Part shown: piece after piece, positions 36,317 through 46,623 of the stretch
Layout of the letters: every line of letters begins with the position of its first letter
How positions within the stretch are numbered: position 1 is the stretch's first letter
Source of the DNA: an uncultured Planctomycetota bacterium
GTDB lineage: Bacteria > Planctomycetota > B143-G9
Direction of reading: 5' to 3'
Length of the DNA: 64,000 nucleotides
Assembly: GCA_964571525.1 (NCBI GenBank)
Contig: CAZNBY010000001.1
Span: 90,329-154,328, forward strand
Made by a program: the position numbers and the translations under genes
The notes under the pieces: generated by a model
Database searches by the model: none
Told to the model about the DNA's origin: nothing
What the model saw: the letters and a program-made list of their open reading frames with translations, nothing else

Positions 36317-38026
36317 CTATTCGTCACCTTCGTCTTCTTCGTCTTCTTCGTCGTCTTCTCCACCGCCATCATCTCCCTCTGAGCTAATTCTGAGAGAATT
36401 GCTAACAAGAAAACAGCGCGTAAAGCCAGAACGAAGCACTTTGAAGAAAACCCATTTGAGTGACTTATCGCCAGCCAATTTTTGATATAGCTGCTCGATA
36501 CCCGCCTTAGTGGTTGGGGTTTCGTTTTCAATCGCCAAGATAACATCACCTATCCTTATTCCTGCATCGTAGGCACTTCCTGTTCTGTCAACAAACGATA
36601 CAAAAAAGCCCTTGCCTTGCTTAAAACCGCGGCGTGCCGCCTCGCGAGGCGTTAGGGGCTTTAAGGAAATCTCCCACATGGTACAAAGGAATTCGAAATC
36701 TCCCTCCTCTGACCATTCTTGAGGTGTTACTTTTACAGTAACCGATGAACCGTTGCGGTCGAGTTTTAGCTCGACATTAGAACCAGTCTTAAGTTCAGAA
36801 AGACGGCGACGCACAACGGCAAGGTCATCGTTGTCACGGGCTTCCACCGGAGAAGGGCCGACTGTGAGCAACACATCCCCCGGCTTCACTCCTGCCTTGT
36901 CTGCGGGCGAATCTGGAGCAACATAGGATACAAGAACCTTGCCGCTCTTGCCCTCAACATCAAATGTCTGAAGATCGAATCCAAGGTAAGCACGCGATAC
37001 ATGTCCCTGTGCAACAATATCGTCCGCAACCTTCATTGCGTAACCGATTGGAAGGCTGAAGTTAAGGTTTTTCACATACTCATAATTGAACGAGAAATTG
37101 CGGTATAGGTCTTCAGTGCTGAGCCAGTGCATGTTTACAGCTACAACTTCGCCCTTTGAGTTTGCGGTCGGGCCACCTTCAATTCCTCTGCTTATCGGAG
37201 AGCTGACTTGATAGAAAACTGAGTTTGTACCGGCAATCTGTCCATTACGAAGTGTGAATTCAAGAGATCTGTTAAGGTTTGATACTGCGCCGCGGAAAAA
37301 AGCTGATTTCCAGCGATGTGATGCTCCGGCGGTGATCACAGGTTCACCAAGCCCCACTTCAGTGCAGATTTCGACAACTGATATAGCACTGGGGTTGTCA
37401 ATCAGCGACATATCAATTTTCAAAACGCCTATGTTTGAGTCAGCATCGCCACCAATGACCTTTGCGCGGGTGATTTGCTCGTCCGGCAGAGTTACAATTG
37501 CGTAATCTGCACCGTCAACCGCATTGTAAGTCGTCAGAATATAGCCTTCGTTTTCGCGCTTGCCGGTCGGCATGAAGAAGAAACCCGAATATGGGCGGGA
37601 ATATGTATTGGCGACGCGCTTTGAATCTACGATCTCGTAGTAAACAGGCTCTACATAAGCCAGCGACTTTGCCACTTTCTTGCATGCATTTGGCACTTCA
37701 TTGAGGATGATCTCGTCAATGACCTTTTTTACATTCACATCCGTTTTCTTCGATTCGTCAATGCGCTTATCAATCTGAGATTTAAGCGTCGTCCAATCGT
37801 TCTGGTGCCGCTTTATATCGAAATTGTGCTCTGCCAAGCCGAATCTGACGGATTCGGAAATTGCGATTAACGCAATTATGGCAATAACCGCCAACACGAC
37901 ATTCAGCCAGAAAACTGGGGCAAGCCCGAGAAACTGCGCCGGTTTGACGACAGCCGGGCGAAACGGAATCGGCCTTATCCGCTTCTTTGCGCTTGCCGTA
38001 TCCTGCTTTGGTCTTCTTGCAGACAT
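36317..38026 (-). CDS. HtrA/DegP-like pseudo-protease, TM-anchored, two PDZ-like regions, poly-acidic C-terminal tail
   Basis: Trypsin-fold core with His->Asn (ILTTYNAV), Asp->Asn (SNIGVLKI), Ser->Glu (SRGIEGGPT); C-terminal EGDDGGGEDDEEDEEDEGDE. Confidence 0.7.
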   Translation of the reverse strand: MSARRPKQDTASAKKRIRPIPFRPAVVKPAQFLGLAPVFWLNVVLAVIAIIALIAISESVRFGLAEHNFDIKRHQNDWTTLKSQIDKRIDESKKTDVNVKKVIDEIILNEVPNACKKVAKSLAYVEPVYYEIVDSKRVANTYSRPYSGFFFMPTGKRENEGYILTTYNAVDGADYAIVTLPDEQITRAKVIGGDADSNIGVLKIDMSLIDNPSAISVVEICTEVGLGEPVITAGASHRWKSAFFRGAVSNLNRSLEFTLRNGQIAGTNSVFYQVSSPISRGIEGGPTANSKGEVVAVNMHWLSTEDLYRNFSFNYEYVKNLNFSLPIGYAMKVADDIVAQGHVSRAYLGFDLQTFDVEGKSGKVLVSYVAPDSPADKAGVKPGDVLLTVGPSPVEARDNDDLAVVRRRLSELKTGSNVELKLDRNGSSVTVKVTPQEWSEEGDFEFLCTMWEISLKPLTPREAARRGFKQGKGFFVSFVDRTGSAYDAGIRIGDVILAIENETPTTKAGIEQLYQKLAGDKSLKWVFFKVLRSGFTRCFLVSNSLRISSEGDDGGGEDDEEDEEDEGDE

Positions 38027-38037
38027 TGCTTCACCCT

Positions 38038-39759
38038 CTATTGTATATCAACGAAAATGAATATCTTCGCATTGCCGCGAAGAACCTCGAACACCGTTGG
38101 TGGAACCGCACCGCGTCCGATGTATCGGTTTATGTGTTGGATAATTATGTTGCGCATGTGATCGTGGGTTTCAGGTTTAACTCCGCACACTCGGAGAATT
38201 AGATCTCCCCTTTGAAATCCATACGGCTTGAGGTTGATCACATAGCGCGCATAGTTTTCAAGGCGCGAAGTGCCATCATTCCAGGCGCGTATGGCGATGC
38301 CGCCGTCGTCTTCATCAGGAAAGCCAGCCATCTCAAGGTCAGCCTCTGAGACCTTCTCGAAATACGCACCCCAAAGAATTTCTGCAAATTGCTTAAATGG
38401 TTGTTCTCTTCCGGGGAAGCCAATGCTGCGCATGGTCGCAGTCTTCTCTTCTCCAGTAATGTAGTTGCGCCAAGTAAGCTCGAACTCGGTCAGCACTTCA
38501 TTCATTTCGAACAGATAGTTTATGCGAGCAAGGTCGGCAAGGGTCTTTATGGTTGTATATTCCTCTGCCCCTGTCTTTATGTTGCGCACCTTTGTTACGA
38601 CATCGCCAGGGCGAAGCCCCGCTTCGTATGCCGGGCTTGATGATTCAACAGCGATAACCGGCGCACCGTTTCGGTTCTCCATACCGAAGAACGAAAGCGG
38701 AGCAAACGATACGCCTATTTTTGAACGATTGATAAAAGTGGTCGAGCCTGACTCATGTGCACGAACGATACGGTTCACAATGTCGCGCTCGTAGTTTGAC
38801 GCGATCGCGTAACCCACTCTCTGGAATTCGAACCATCCCAGAGTGTTCATACCAATAACCTTGCCTTCGATGCTCACCAGGGGGCCGCCGGAATTTCCGT
38901 GGTTGATTGGCGAGTCCATTTGGAAAAACACATGCTGCTGGTGTGCATAATGATTGCCAAGCATCATGGGAATAAAGCGATTTAGCCCGACTATTATTCC
39001 GAAAGATACCGACCTGCCAAGACCTTGCGGAGCACCCATTGCCATGCAGAATTCACCTACACGGATCTTGTCGCTATCGCCGAACTCGGCAGGACGAATG
39101 TTTGCTGCCTTTGATGTGTCGCGAAGTTTGATAACAGCAATGTCGCAAAAATCGTCTGCGAAAATTATGTCGGAAGGCACGATTTCCTGATTTGAGAGAA
39201 TTGACTCGACAATAGTTGCGCCTTGTACCACATGGAAATTTGTGACGATGTAGCCCTCGCGACGGTCGGTGTGGTGGTCGGGTCTAAATATAACTCCTGA
39301 ACCTGTACCATTGTTGCAGCTTACCATTACAACAGCGGGATAGACAATCTTGCGGGCGTCGGTTATCTTTTCGAACACCTTGTTCATAAAGTTCGTTGCG
39401 CGCTGCTCAGACTCGTCAACGATCTCTATCTTGCCTGCGTCAGCCTCCCAACGCTTTAGCTCGGGAGCAATGTCCTGAACTTCTTTTTCAAGCTTGTCTT
39501 TCGCCGTCTCGGCCTTTGCTTTGACCTTAAACGCGCCAATCGCGACACCAAGCAGCGATAACGCGATGATTAGAATGACAGAAATCATCGCGCCGGTCTT
39601 TGGGACCGATTCCTCCTGCTCTGCTGCGATCGCATCGGGGTCAACCGAGTATTCGACCGACAATACAGCTCCGCACTCAACGCACTTGTAGAGCTTTGCG
39701 GGATCCAGTTTGTCTGAATCGTAAACCGAACCGCATTTGCAAAATAATGACCTTGCCAT
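38038..39759 (-). CDS. HtrA/DegP-family serine protease with N-terminal MJ0042-type zinc ribbon and TM anchor (catalytic triad intact)
   Basis: Start ATG 39759 (GGAGGT RBS); Zn ribbon MARSLFCKCGSVYDSDKLDPAKLYKCVECGAVLSV; His (IVTNFHVV), Asp (DIAVIKL), Ser (NHGNSGGPLV) all present; PDZ domain. Confidence 0.8.
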   Translation of the reverse strand: MARSLFCKCGSVYDSDKLDPAKLYKCVECGAVLSVEYSVDPDAIAAEQEESVPKTGAMISVILIIALSLLGVAIGAFKVKAKAETAKDKLEKEVQDIAPELKRWEADAGKIEIVDESEQRATNFMNKVFEKITDARKIVYPAVVMVSCNNGTGSGVIFRPDHHTDRREGYIVTNFHVVQGATIVESILSNQEIVPSDIIFADDFCDIAVIKLRDTSKAANIRPAEFGDSDKIRVGEFCMAMGAPQGLGRSVSFGIIVGLNRFIPMMLGNHYAHQQHVFFQMDSPINHGNSGGPLVSIEGKVIGMNTLGWFEFQRVGYAIASNYERDIVNRIVRAHESGSTTFINRSKIGVSFAPLSFFGMENRNGAPVIAVESSSPAYEAGLRPGDVVTKVRNIKTGAEEYTTIKTLADLARINYLFEMNEVLTEFELTWRNYITGEEKTATMRSIGFPGREQPFKQFAEILWGAYFEKVSEADLEMAGFPDEDDGGIAIRAWNDGTSRLENYARYVINLKPYGFQRGDLILRVCGVKPETHDHMRNIIIQHINRYIGRGAVPPTVFEVLRGNAKIFIFVDIQ

Positions 39760-40024
39760 CGTACCTCCGAGGCAGGCGATAAAACAATGATTCTGCGTGA
39801 CTAATACCGAATTATAGGCTCTTTTGACAGCCGACAAACAATTATGTAGTGTTGAACTCAATAAGAGGCTATTCTATCTGTTCGTCGTGCAATCTTAGGT
39901 CACCTACAATTCAGTAAGACGAACAAACCGCTTAGTATGTTTCACCAACTTGCTCGCTAACAATTATCCTCGATCCAATGCGTACCCATTCGGCAATCCG
40001 CGCCCGATGCAAGCTCATTTTTAG

Positions 40025-40052
40025 TTGACACGACCGTAGCTACATATACACT
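40025..40052 (+). promoter_or_regulatory. Possible sigma-70-type promoter for cyclophilin gene
   Basis: TTGACA at 40025-40030, TACACT at 40047-40052 (spacer 16); AGGAG RBS before ATG 40095. Confidence 0.35.
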
Positions 40053-40094
40053 TGCCCATTCGCAACATCCGTCTTTGACAGGAGTTCAGTCAAT

Positions 40095-41123
40095 ATGAGG
40101 TATTCGTTATTTGCACTTGCCTTGTTGTTTGTTTTTGTGGCTTCTTTCGTTGTAGCCGAAAACGACGAACCGACACCTACAACTTCACCAACCGCTGCTG
40201 CGGAACAGACCCCCGCGCCCACGCCAAAGCCGGAACTTGAGCTTGGCCACGATGCGGATGGCCTTTCTCTGCACCTTAACGGACCTTTTCATTTCAAGGT
40301 GGTTGATGGCGATATTATTGACCCAGTCAATATCGAGTTCAAGCTCGACCTTGTCGGCGACACAAAGGATGTCAAGCTCAACACAAACCCTTATGCCTCG
40401 TTTAAAATCGAGGCGATTGATGATGACAAACGCGAACCATTAAAAACGCTCAGCGAACAGCCTAAGGATGGAGTCGAGTTCACTCTTAAACTCACCGAAG
40501 GTTCATATTTCGGCGGTAAATTTAAGAGCCTTGAAAAGTACTTCGACTTCAGCGCTGGTGGCCGCTTCCATGTGCGCGCAAGCTACACGGTTGGTGAAAA
40601 GACCGCCGTCAGCGATTGGGCGGCAGTTGACATTTACACCCGCACCGTCGTTCGCATCAATACGCGTGAGGGCGAATTTGTTGTTCTTATGCGCGAAGAC
40701 AAGGCGCCACAGACCTGCGCAAACTTTGTCACGCTTGCAAAGCGCGGCTTCTATGATCACCTTATCTTCCACCGCGTCGAAAGCAAGCCCAACTTTAAGC
40801 TCATACAGGGCGGATGCCCACACGGCGATGGTTCTGGCGACGCTGGTTACAAAATTGACTTTGAAACTAATGATCTGAAGCATGAGGCCGGAGCAGTTGC
40901 TATGGGTCTTTCTCCCGGCGATAAAAACTCCGCAGGCAGCCAGTTTTACATCTGCGTCGAGCCCACTCCAAGCCTTGACGGTCAGTACTGCGTATTCGGC
41001 TTGGTAATCGAAGGCATGGAGACCATCAAGCGCATCGGCGCTGTGCAGGTCGGCAAGGTTGAGCCCACTCGTCCAAATATCCCAGTTGAAATGTCAAAGG
41101 TTGCCGTCGAATACTGGAAGTAA
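40095..41123 (+). CDS. Secreted peptidyl-prolyl cis-trans isomerase, cyclophilin type, with N-terminal domain of unknown function
   Basis: Signal peptide; cyclophilin motifs FHRVESKPNFKLIQGG, SAGSQFYIC. Confidence 0.85.
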   Translation: MRYSLFALALLFVFVASFVVAENDEPTPTTSPTAAAEQTPAPTPKPELELGHDADGLSLHLNGPFHFKVVDGDIIDPVNIEFKLDLVGDTKDVKLNTNPYASFKIEAIDDDKREPLKTLSEQPKDGVEFTLKLTEGSYFGGKFKSLEKYFDFSAGGRFHVRASYTVGEKTAVSDWAAVDIYTRTVVRINTREGEFVVLMREDKAPQTCANFVTLAKRGFYDHLIFHRVESKPNFKLIQGGCPHGDGSGDAGYKIDFETNDLKHEAGAVAMGLSPGDKNSAGSQFYICVEPTPSLDGQYCVFGLVIEGMETIKRIGAVQVGKVEPTRPNIPVEMSKVAVEYWK

Positions 41124-41144
41124 TTCCACTCAATTCATCACATG

Positions 41145-41177
41145 AAAAGGCGGGCAAAATCCCGCCTTTTTTGTTTT
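41145..41177 (+). terminator. Rho-independent terminator after cyclophilin gene
   Basis: AAAGGCGGG-CAAAAT-CCCGCCTTT hairpin followed by TTTTTTGTTTT. Confidence 0.8.
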
Positions 41178-41234
41178 ACCTCTGCGCAACTGCTCAGTCA
41201 TTGTATTCGCAACGGTGGTAAAGCCTGATAGAAT

Positions 41235-43388
41235 GTGCAAATGGAATTTGGAGCCTCGCACCTTGCCGCGATTCTGTTCTTCGCCCTTATACCTGTTCTG
41301 ATATATCTGCTCTTCAAGCGCAGATACAGAAGGCAGGAACTGGGTACAATGACCATTCTTCTTCGCGCCTATCGCAAGATTGGCAAACTGCTTCGAATAA
41401 AAGAGATGATCTTACTTGTGCTTCGTACTGCGGCAATGCTCGCATTTCTTGCCGCGCTCCTGCAACCGCTTTTGTCTAAGGGGGCGGGTGACCGCAAAAC
41501 CCACCTTGTTTTCGCTTTCGATTCATCTCTTTCAATGCGCATGAAAGTCGGCGAGACAAATCGCTTTAAGCAAGCCGTCGAGCACGCGAAGAGCACAATT
41601 GAGAGTTCGGGTCGCAATACAACCGTCTCGGTTTTTGTTTTCGACGACAAATGCCGTCCACAAGGCAGCAGCTTCATGCCAGTTACCGACGCGCTTCGGC
41701 TGCTTGACTCCCTATCCCCCGGATTCGGCGGAACAAATCCTTTTTCAATTGCTCGCCCGTTGCTTGATGAGGCAAAGCGGGCAGGCGAAATCAATGCGCG
41801 GTGCGAAGTTTTTGTGCTTTCGGATTTCGCGGTAAATTCGTGGACATCTGGTGACGGCCTTCGAGAGGCCAGCGCGAAGGAGCGTTTCACTGAGCTTTCT
41901 GATATATCTACACTTACATTTGTGGATTGTGCGCTTGGACATAAAAGCAACCGCGCAATTAATTCCATACGCCCGACACGCGGCACATTTTGTGTCGGCC
42001 TCGACACAATGCTTCACGCCGCTGTTTCATACTCATCACCTACAGGCGGCGAGACTGCTGTTGTATCGCTTGAGCGCGATAATGAGGCTTTTGGGCAAAG
42101 ATCTGCAGATGTAGCCGCTGGTGAACAGGTTACATGCGCTTTTCCTGATCGCCCACTTGACGAAGGCCCCCATTACTATCGGGTCTTTGTTGAGCCAGAC
42201 GAGCTTGCGGAGGATGATCAGCGTTTTCTTGCGGCAGATGTGCGAAGGAAGATTGATGTGCTGATTGTGGACGGTCGCCCTGATGCAGAGAAGTATCGTT
42301 CTGCTTCTGGATTTGCTGAAACCGCGCTTGCGCCTTCAGAGCTTCGCGATCTTTCACCACTTGCGCCGCGGGTAATCTCTTTGGCTGATCTTGAATCCGA
42401 TAACATCTCTCTCCCTTCAGTCGTTATACTTTGTGACCCGCCAGCACTTTCCAAACGAGCAGGGGAGTTGCTCGCAAAATTCGTCGCTTCAGGCGGTGGA
42501 CTTCTTGTAGCACTTGGGCAATCTGCGCGGCTCGATTTGATTAACGAATCGCTTGGAGGCAAAACGGGTTTTCTGCCAGCAACCCTCGTTTCAGCTCATT
42601 CAGGTGGCGACAACGACTGGCTCGGTATTGACAGACTGAACCTCCCTGAACCCTTAGAGGGTATGGGAGCGCTGTGGAAATCTGGTATGAAGCGGTTGAA
42701 GATATTCTCTTTTGTAGAGGCAACACCGCATGAGGATTCCATGGTGCTGCTGGCTCTTTCTGGCGGCAAGCCATTGCTAATATCCCGCAGTTTGGGAAAG
42801 GGCAAGTGCATGTTGTGGACTTCATCCTTCGACGGCGAGTGGACAAACCTGCCTGCATTGCCAATGTTCCCGCCCCTTTTGCACGAGCTTGTCTTCTTTC
42901 TGACCGAAAACGAGCGCGAGCGCTTAAACTTGACCGTTGGTGAGAGCATCAACCTCGCATTGCCTCTATCGGATATTGGCGGGGCTGCGACCTTATACCC
43001 ACCTGAAGGCGATGAACTTGAACTTCGTCCAACGCTCGACGGTGAACCGAGGATCGAATACGGCCCCCTTACCACCCCCGGCATCTACCGTTTACAGCTT
43101 GCATCAGGAAGACTGGTGCTGCTTGCAGCAAACCCCCCGCACGAGGAAAGCGACACAGAGCCACTTACAGAGCGGGCTTTGCGTAAGCTGCTCGATGGGG
43201 TCTCTTTCAAGCTCGCCTCTATAAAATCCGCCGATTCTGTCGCTGATGAAAGACCAAAAGACCTTGTCCGTCTGCTGATTCTTATTGCGCTCGGCCTGCT
43301 AATTCTTGAAACAGTGCTTGCTTCTATCTTCAGCGCACCGCCAAAGACCGTCAATCTCGACTTTTCATCTGGGGCATTCGGCAAATGA
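41235..43388 (+). CDS. BatA-like protein: N-terminal double-TM domain + von Willebrand factor A domain + C-terminal TM
   Basis: N-terminal hydrophobic pair with RRYRRQ; vWA MIDAS motif LVFAFDSSLSMR. Confidence 0.6.
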   Translation: MQMEFGASHLAAILFFALIPVLIYLLFKRRYRRQELGTMTILLRAYRKIGKLLRIKEMILLVLRTAAMLAFLAALLQPLLSKGAGDRKTHLVFAFDSSLSMRMKVGETNRFKQAVEHAKSTIESSGRNTTVSVFVFDDKCRPQGSSFMPVTDALRLLDSLSPGFGGTNPFSIARPLLDEAKRAGEINARCEVFVLSDFAVNSWTSGDGLREASAKERFTELSDISTLTFVDCALGHKSNRAINSIRPTRGTFCVGLDTMLHAAVSYSSPTGGETAVVSLERDNEAFGQRSADVAAGEQVTCAFPDRPLDEGPHYYRVFVEPDELAEDDQRFLAADVRRKIDVLIVDGRPDAEKYRSASGFAETALAPSELRDLSPLAPRVISLADLESDNISLPSVVILCDPPALSKRAGELLAKFVASGGGLLVALGQSARLDLINESLGGKTGFLPATLVSAHSGGDNDWLGIDRLNLPEPLEGMGALWKSGMKRLKIFSFVEATPHEDSMVLLALSGGKPLLISRSLGKGKCMLWTSSFDGEWTNLPALPMFPPLLHELVFFLTENERERLNLTVGESINLALPLSDIGGAATLYPPEGDELELRPTLDGEPRIEYGPLTTPGIYRLQLASGRLVLLAANPPHEESDTEPLTERALRKLLDGVSFKLASIKSADSVADERPKDLVRLLILIALGLLILETVLASIFSAPPKTVNLDFSSGAFGK

Positions 43389-44209
43389 GAAAGCGGCTGC
43401 AACTTATATCAGCAGCGGCGATACTTGCGATTATATGTTTTGTCATCGCAACTCGGCCTGACCGCCCATCCATCGTTGCCGTTGCCTATGACCCATCAGA
43501 TACAGTATCAACCGACCGCTCTCGCCGCTTCCTCAAGCAGCTCGATACGCTTTCGCGAGAAGCACAAGCCGCGCAGTTCGTGCTTGAGATACTTATAGGC
43601 GAGCAGATGACATTGCGCACAGCAAGTGGCGATTTTCCTGTGGATGACAAGGGTAAAAAGCTGCTTGACAGGGTAGAGGTCTTCTATCCCTCCACCCCGC
43701 AGGTCGCTGAAAGAATGCTTAAGGAATCGGCCTGCCTGAAAGCAGTTTGGGTTGTAAGCACAGATGACTATGAAAAGCCAAAATGGGCTGAGGTTCTTTC
43801 AGGCGACAAGGTCAAAAGCAGAATTGATGGCGAACCTCTATCGTTTGAACAGATAGAAGCTGAGATCAAAAAAGTAAAGCAAAGTATCTCTAAGTTCGCT
43901 TTAGTTCGAGTTGGAAAACCCATCAACCTTCCAGATAACTGGACCTTTGCAGAGACAGAGTCCGCAGTCTTGGATAAAGACTTCGCCGTTGTTTTCGAGT
44001 CACCTCACGCCCCGCCACAAGAACGCGTGTTCGCATTCTATGCGCTTATCGGAGAGCAGAAGCCCGATGGTTTCGATCTGCTGATTCACAAGGATACTGC
44101 TACGATCGCGGCCTATATGGCGCGCCAGAACCTCGACAAAAAGAAGACGCTCACCTATGATAAACCCCCGTTTAAGATTCGCACTATATCAAATGCTGTT
44201 GCAGACTGA
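43385..44209 (+). CDS. Membrane-anchored hypothetical protein (coupled to BatA-like gene)
   Basis: ATGA start/stop overlap; N-terminal TM helix; no recognised motif. Confidence 0.4.
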   Translation: MRKRLQLISAAAILAIICFVIATRPDRPSIVAVAYDPSDTVSTDRSRRFLKQLDTLSREAQAAQFVLEILIGEQMTLRTASGDFPVDDKGKKLLDRVEVFYPSTPQVAERMLKESACLKAVWVVSTDDYEKPKWAEVLSGDKVKSRIDGEPLSFEQIEAEIKKVKQSISKFALVRVGKPINLPDNWTFAETESAVLDKDFAVVFESPHAPPQERVFAFYALIGEQKPDGFDLLIHKDTATIAAYMARQNLDKKKTLTYDKPPFKIRTISNAVAD

Positions 44210-44281
44210 CGATTTATAATGTATTGCGAAACAAGATGCGTGTGAGTTAGTCGAAAGCCGCGTAGCACAATCGGAGAGAAA

Positions 44282-45220
44282 ATGAAGAAAGCACTAATCA
44301 CAGGCGGCGCAGGTTTTCTTGGCTCTCATCTATGTGACCTGTTGACCTCACGCGGGATCGAAGTCGTGGTGCTCGACAACTTCAGCACCGGCCTCATGCA
44401 GAATCTCTCCACCAGCAACTCCACCGGCTTTCTTTCCGTGATAAATGGTGACTGTAGAGACCCGCTGATTGTCGAAAAGGCTATACAAAATTGCGACACC
44501 GTGTTTCACCTTGCCGCGCAGGTAGGTGTTGACCGTGTTATAGCTTCACCCCTTGACACTATTGAAATCAACACTGCATCCACAAAAATCGTTGCTGAAG
44601 CATGCCTGAGGAAAAACTGCCTGCTTATATTCTCCTCAACCTCAGAGGTGTACGGAAGAAACGAGCGGGTACCGTTTCGCGAGGATGACGATCTTGCCGT
44701 GGGTTCTCCCTTAATCAACCGCTGGTCTTACGCGGTAAGCAAGATTCTTGACGAACACTATATATGCGCAATGGTGCGCGAAAAAGGTCTTAGGGCCGTG
44801 GTGTTGAGGCTTTTCAATGCTGTGGGGCCACGGCAACGGCCAGATTTCGGCATGGTTTTACCCAAGTTCATCACCGCTGCGCGCGAAGACAGGGATTTGA
44901 TCGTGTACGGCGACGGTTCGCAAAAACGCTGCTTCACCTGGTGCGGTGATACCGTTGAGGCTCTTTGTGCAGTTGTGCGATATCCGTCAGCAATTGGCAA
45001 TGTGTACAATGTGGGTTCATCTGAAGAGATCTCTATCGCCGAGTTAGCCGAGAAGATTATCTCGCGCTTCAAGGGTGGTCACATAAGATTCGTGCCAGAG
45101 GAAAAGCGAGGCCCGGGATTCGCGGATATGCAACGGCGTGTACCGGATACTTCACGAATTCAATCTCTTTGTGGATGGCACTTAACACTGAATATGAATC
45201 AGATCCTCGATAGGATGTAG
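44282..45220 (+). CDS. NAD-dependent epimerase/dehydratase family protein (SDR, UDP-sugar-modifying type)
   Basis: Rossmann motif ITGGAGFLGSH, catalytic Y-x3-K (YAVSK). Confidence 0.8.
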   Translation: MKKALITGGAGFLGSHLCDLLTSRGIEVVVLDNFSTGLMQNLSTSNSTGFLSVINGDCRDPLIVEKAIQNCDTVFHLAAQVGVDRVIASPLDTIEINTASTKIVAEACLRKNCLLIFSSTSEVYGRNERVPFREDDDLAVGSPLINRWSYAVSKILDEHYICAMVREKGLRAVVLRLFNAVGPRQRPDFGMVLPKFITAAREDRDLIVYGDGSQKRCFTWCGDTVEALCAVVRYPSAIGNVYNVGSSEEISIAELAEKIISRFKGGHIRFVPEEKRGPGFADMQRRVPDTSRIQSLCGWHLTLNMNQILDRM

Positions 45221-45229
45221 ATAATACCG

Positions 45230-46342
45230 CTATTCCTCTGACTTTTCTGCATCGTTCTTCTTGGTGCGATTCTGTGGCTTATCACCTGTTTTAGTCTTAA
45301 TCGGCTTTTTGTTACGAAGTTCTTCAAGCATCTTTGCTGATTGGCGAAGATCCTCTACATAATGGGCTTCGGCGGCGTTTTCAGCCGCAATTCTGCGCTT
45401 TTCAGCATAGTTCTCATATTGACCCTCCGCCCAATCAAAGGCATCCTCATGGCTGATTGTGCCCGTTCCATCAAGCACCGGCAGTTCTGTATCAATCAGA
45501 AACTTATCAAGATATACTTCCCAATCGTGCATTCTTATGTTCTGCCGCCTCATCGCACGAAATTCGGCTTGATCAAGAAACATGACTGTTATGCGGTTAA
45601 GTGTATCTATCTCCTTTTCATCAAGGTAATTCTTCGCGGTCACTATATCGCGCTTCAGCACTTTTTCGCCCTTCCATGAGGTCAAGCCCATATTCGGCTT
45701 ACTTGAATCAGCGCGCTGTCTGACTATCTCCGCAGCGGTCATTCCTGTTGCAGCATAATGCATCTTGTTCTGCATCGTGGCAAAAAACATCTGGGTCTCG
45801 CGTTCACCCTCCATATAGTCGCATGCAAGTGCAAAAATCTCACGAATGCGCTGATATACGCGCGCTTCGCTCGCCCGAATGTCCCTTATGCGCGCAAGCA
45901 GTTCGTCGAAATAGTCAACTATACCAACTCTGCCCTTCAACCTCTCATCGTCAATAACAAATCCCTTGACAATATATTCACGCAACCGCGCAGTCGCCCA
46001 CTGGCGGAACTTTGTCGCGACCGGCGATTTCACTCGATATCCTACCGCAAGGATCATTTCAAGACTGTAATGCTGTATCTTGCGTGTTATCTTCCGTTTA
46101 CCCTCTAATCGAACTATTAAGTAATCCTTAACAGTTGCCTCTACCTTCAACTCACCCTCAGTATAGATGTTCCTCAGATGGATGTTGATGTTTGGAATCG
46201 TTGTTTGGTACAATTCTGCAATCTGGTTCTGCGTCAGCCATACAGTGTCGCCATCGAGCATCACTTGTATGTGACTTCTTCCGTCTTCAGTCTGATAGAC
46301 GACTATCTCGCCACCAGGACGCGGAGCATCCATTTGATTCAT
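45230..46342 (-). CDS. RhuM-family protein (virulence/genomic-island-associated family)
   Basis: Characteristic N-terminal block VVYQTEDGRSHIQVMLDGDTVWLTQNQIAELYQTT...HYSLEMILAVGYRVKSPVATKFRQWATARL. Confidence 0.7.
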   Translation of the reverse strand: MNQMDAPRPGGEIVVYQTEDGRSHIQVMLDGDTVWLTQNQIAELYQTTIPNINIHLRNIYTEGELKVEATVKDYLIVRLEGKRKITRKIQHYSLEMILAVGYRVKSPVATKFRQWATARLREYIVKGFVIDDERLKGRVGIVDYFDELLARIRDIRASEARVYQRIREIFALACDYMEGERETQMFFATMQNKMHYAATGMTAAEIVRQRADSSKPNMGLTSWKGEKVLKRDIVTAKNYLDEKEIDTLNRITVMFLDQAEFRAMRRQNIRMHDWEVYLDKFLIDTELPVLDGTGTISHEDAFDWAEGQYENYAEKRRIAAENAAEAHYVEDLRQSAKMLEELRNKKPIKTKTGDKPQNRTKKNDAEKSEE

Positions 46343-46623
46343 GATTCACCTCAATGAGTCTATATTACGCCATCATTCAACAACGGCAAGCGACTTAGAT
46401 GTCTACCGCTGCTTTTGGTTCGACACTTCGCGGCTCATGTCTGGGCATAAACACGGCTATTCGCGACGGTTTCTTATCTTGTGATATCTATTGGGTTACA
46501 TCAATAACGCGCAGGTATGTATAGAGGGCGAATCACTTCGATTGGATGTCATTCTGTCAGGGAAAATTCGAGGAATAAAGGCAAAAATTAGTTCGAAATT
46601 GAAGTTGTTGTGACCCGTTGCGT

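Noticed and set aside
36321-36365. tcttcgtcttcttcgtcttcttcg simple repeat
   Set aside because: Not an intergenic repeat or CRISPR; it encodes the poly-acidic C-terminus (EDDEEDEEDE) of the pseudo-protease on the minus strand.
35555-36485. Plus-strand ORFs including a poly-Ser/Pro peptide (36294-36485)
   Set aside because: Antisense or alternate-frame readings of the HtrA-like genes; the poly-Ser run is the reverse complement of the GAA/GAC-rich acidic-tail codons of gene 36317-38026.
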